The notes beneath the pieces were generated by a model, which made no database searches, was not told where the DNA came from, and saw only the letters and a list, made by a program, of their open reading frames with translations. A stretch of DNA of 32,000 bases, from assembly GCF_900187275.1 (NCBI RefSeq), contig NZ_LT906458.1, forward strand, positions 2,130,001 to 2,162,000, written 5' to 3'. A program made the position numbers and the translations under genes. Source of the DNA: Pasteurella multocida. Its GTDB lineage: Bacteria; Pseudomonadota; Gammaproteobacteria; Enterobacterales; Pasteurellaceae. Positions 31,786 to 32,000 of this stretch are shown here, one piece after another (positions within the stretch are counted from its first letter, which is position 1; the number at the start of each line of letters is the position of its first letter).

Positions 31786-32000
31786 TTATTCAATGACTTT
31801 GGCACCTTCAGGCGTGCCGACAATAATAATATCTGCTGCGCGTAGAGCAAAAATGCCATTGGTGACCACGCCCGGCACATTATTTAATTCTTTTTCCATT
31901 TCAACAGGATTCATAATAGCAAAATGATAGACATCTAAAATCACGTTACCATTATCTGTAACAACACCTTCGCGGTATTCTGGTGAGCCACCTAAGGCGA
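31786..32000 (-). CDS. rpiA: Ribose-5-phosphate isomerase A, C-terminal fragment (5' end outside window)
   Basis: Minus strand translates ...[55 protein letters not shown]. Confidence 0.93.
   Translation of the reverse strand, partial: ALGGSPEYREGVVTDNGNVILDVYHFAIMNPVEMEKELNNVPGVVTNGIFALRAADIIIVGTPEGAKVIE

Overview
The window reads as an ordinary Pasteurellaceae-type chromosome segment. It carries Haemophilus-type uptake sequences (AAGTGCGGT) and many conserved housekeeping genes. Left to right: the 3' end of dapF, DUF484, xerC, yigB, an NTF2-like protein, an EamA transporter, folB, plsY, zipA, cysZ, cysK, hemB, tatCBA, ubiB, ubiJ, ubiE, a pirin-family protein, nhaA, and an LTA-synthase-like membrane sulfatase-fold protein. 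Next comes a compact accessory-looking locus of five minus-strand genes (transcription order: anaerobic sulfatase-maturase-like radical SAM, tctC, tctB, tctA, type I sulfatase). It is followed by a CNNM/CorC-like protein, a DUF1523 protein, a TatD-family DNase, holB, tmk, mltG, serA and the 3' end of rpiA. The most interesting region is 19.1-24.8 kb, a putative uptake and desulfation module for an unknown sulfated compound. A CRP/FNR-like palindrome lies at class II promoter spacing upstream of the maturase gene. Secondary items are a ~455 bp imperfect inverted-repeat block after dapF, an overlooked small membrane ORF between ubiE and ubiJ, and several strong intergenic hairpins. I saw no CRISPR array, no rRNA or tRNA, no transposase, and no clearly novel defence system. 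All identifications come from reading the sequence by eye; no database search was run.
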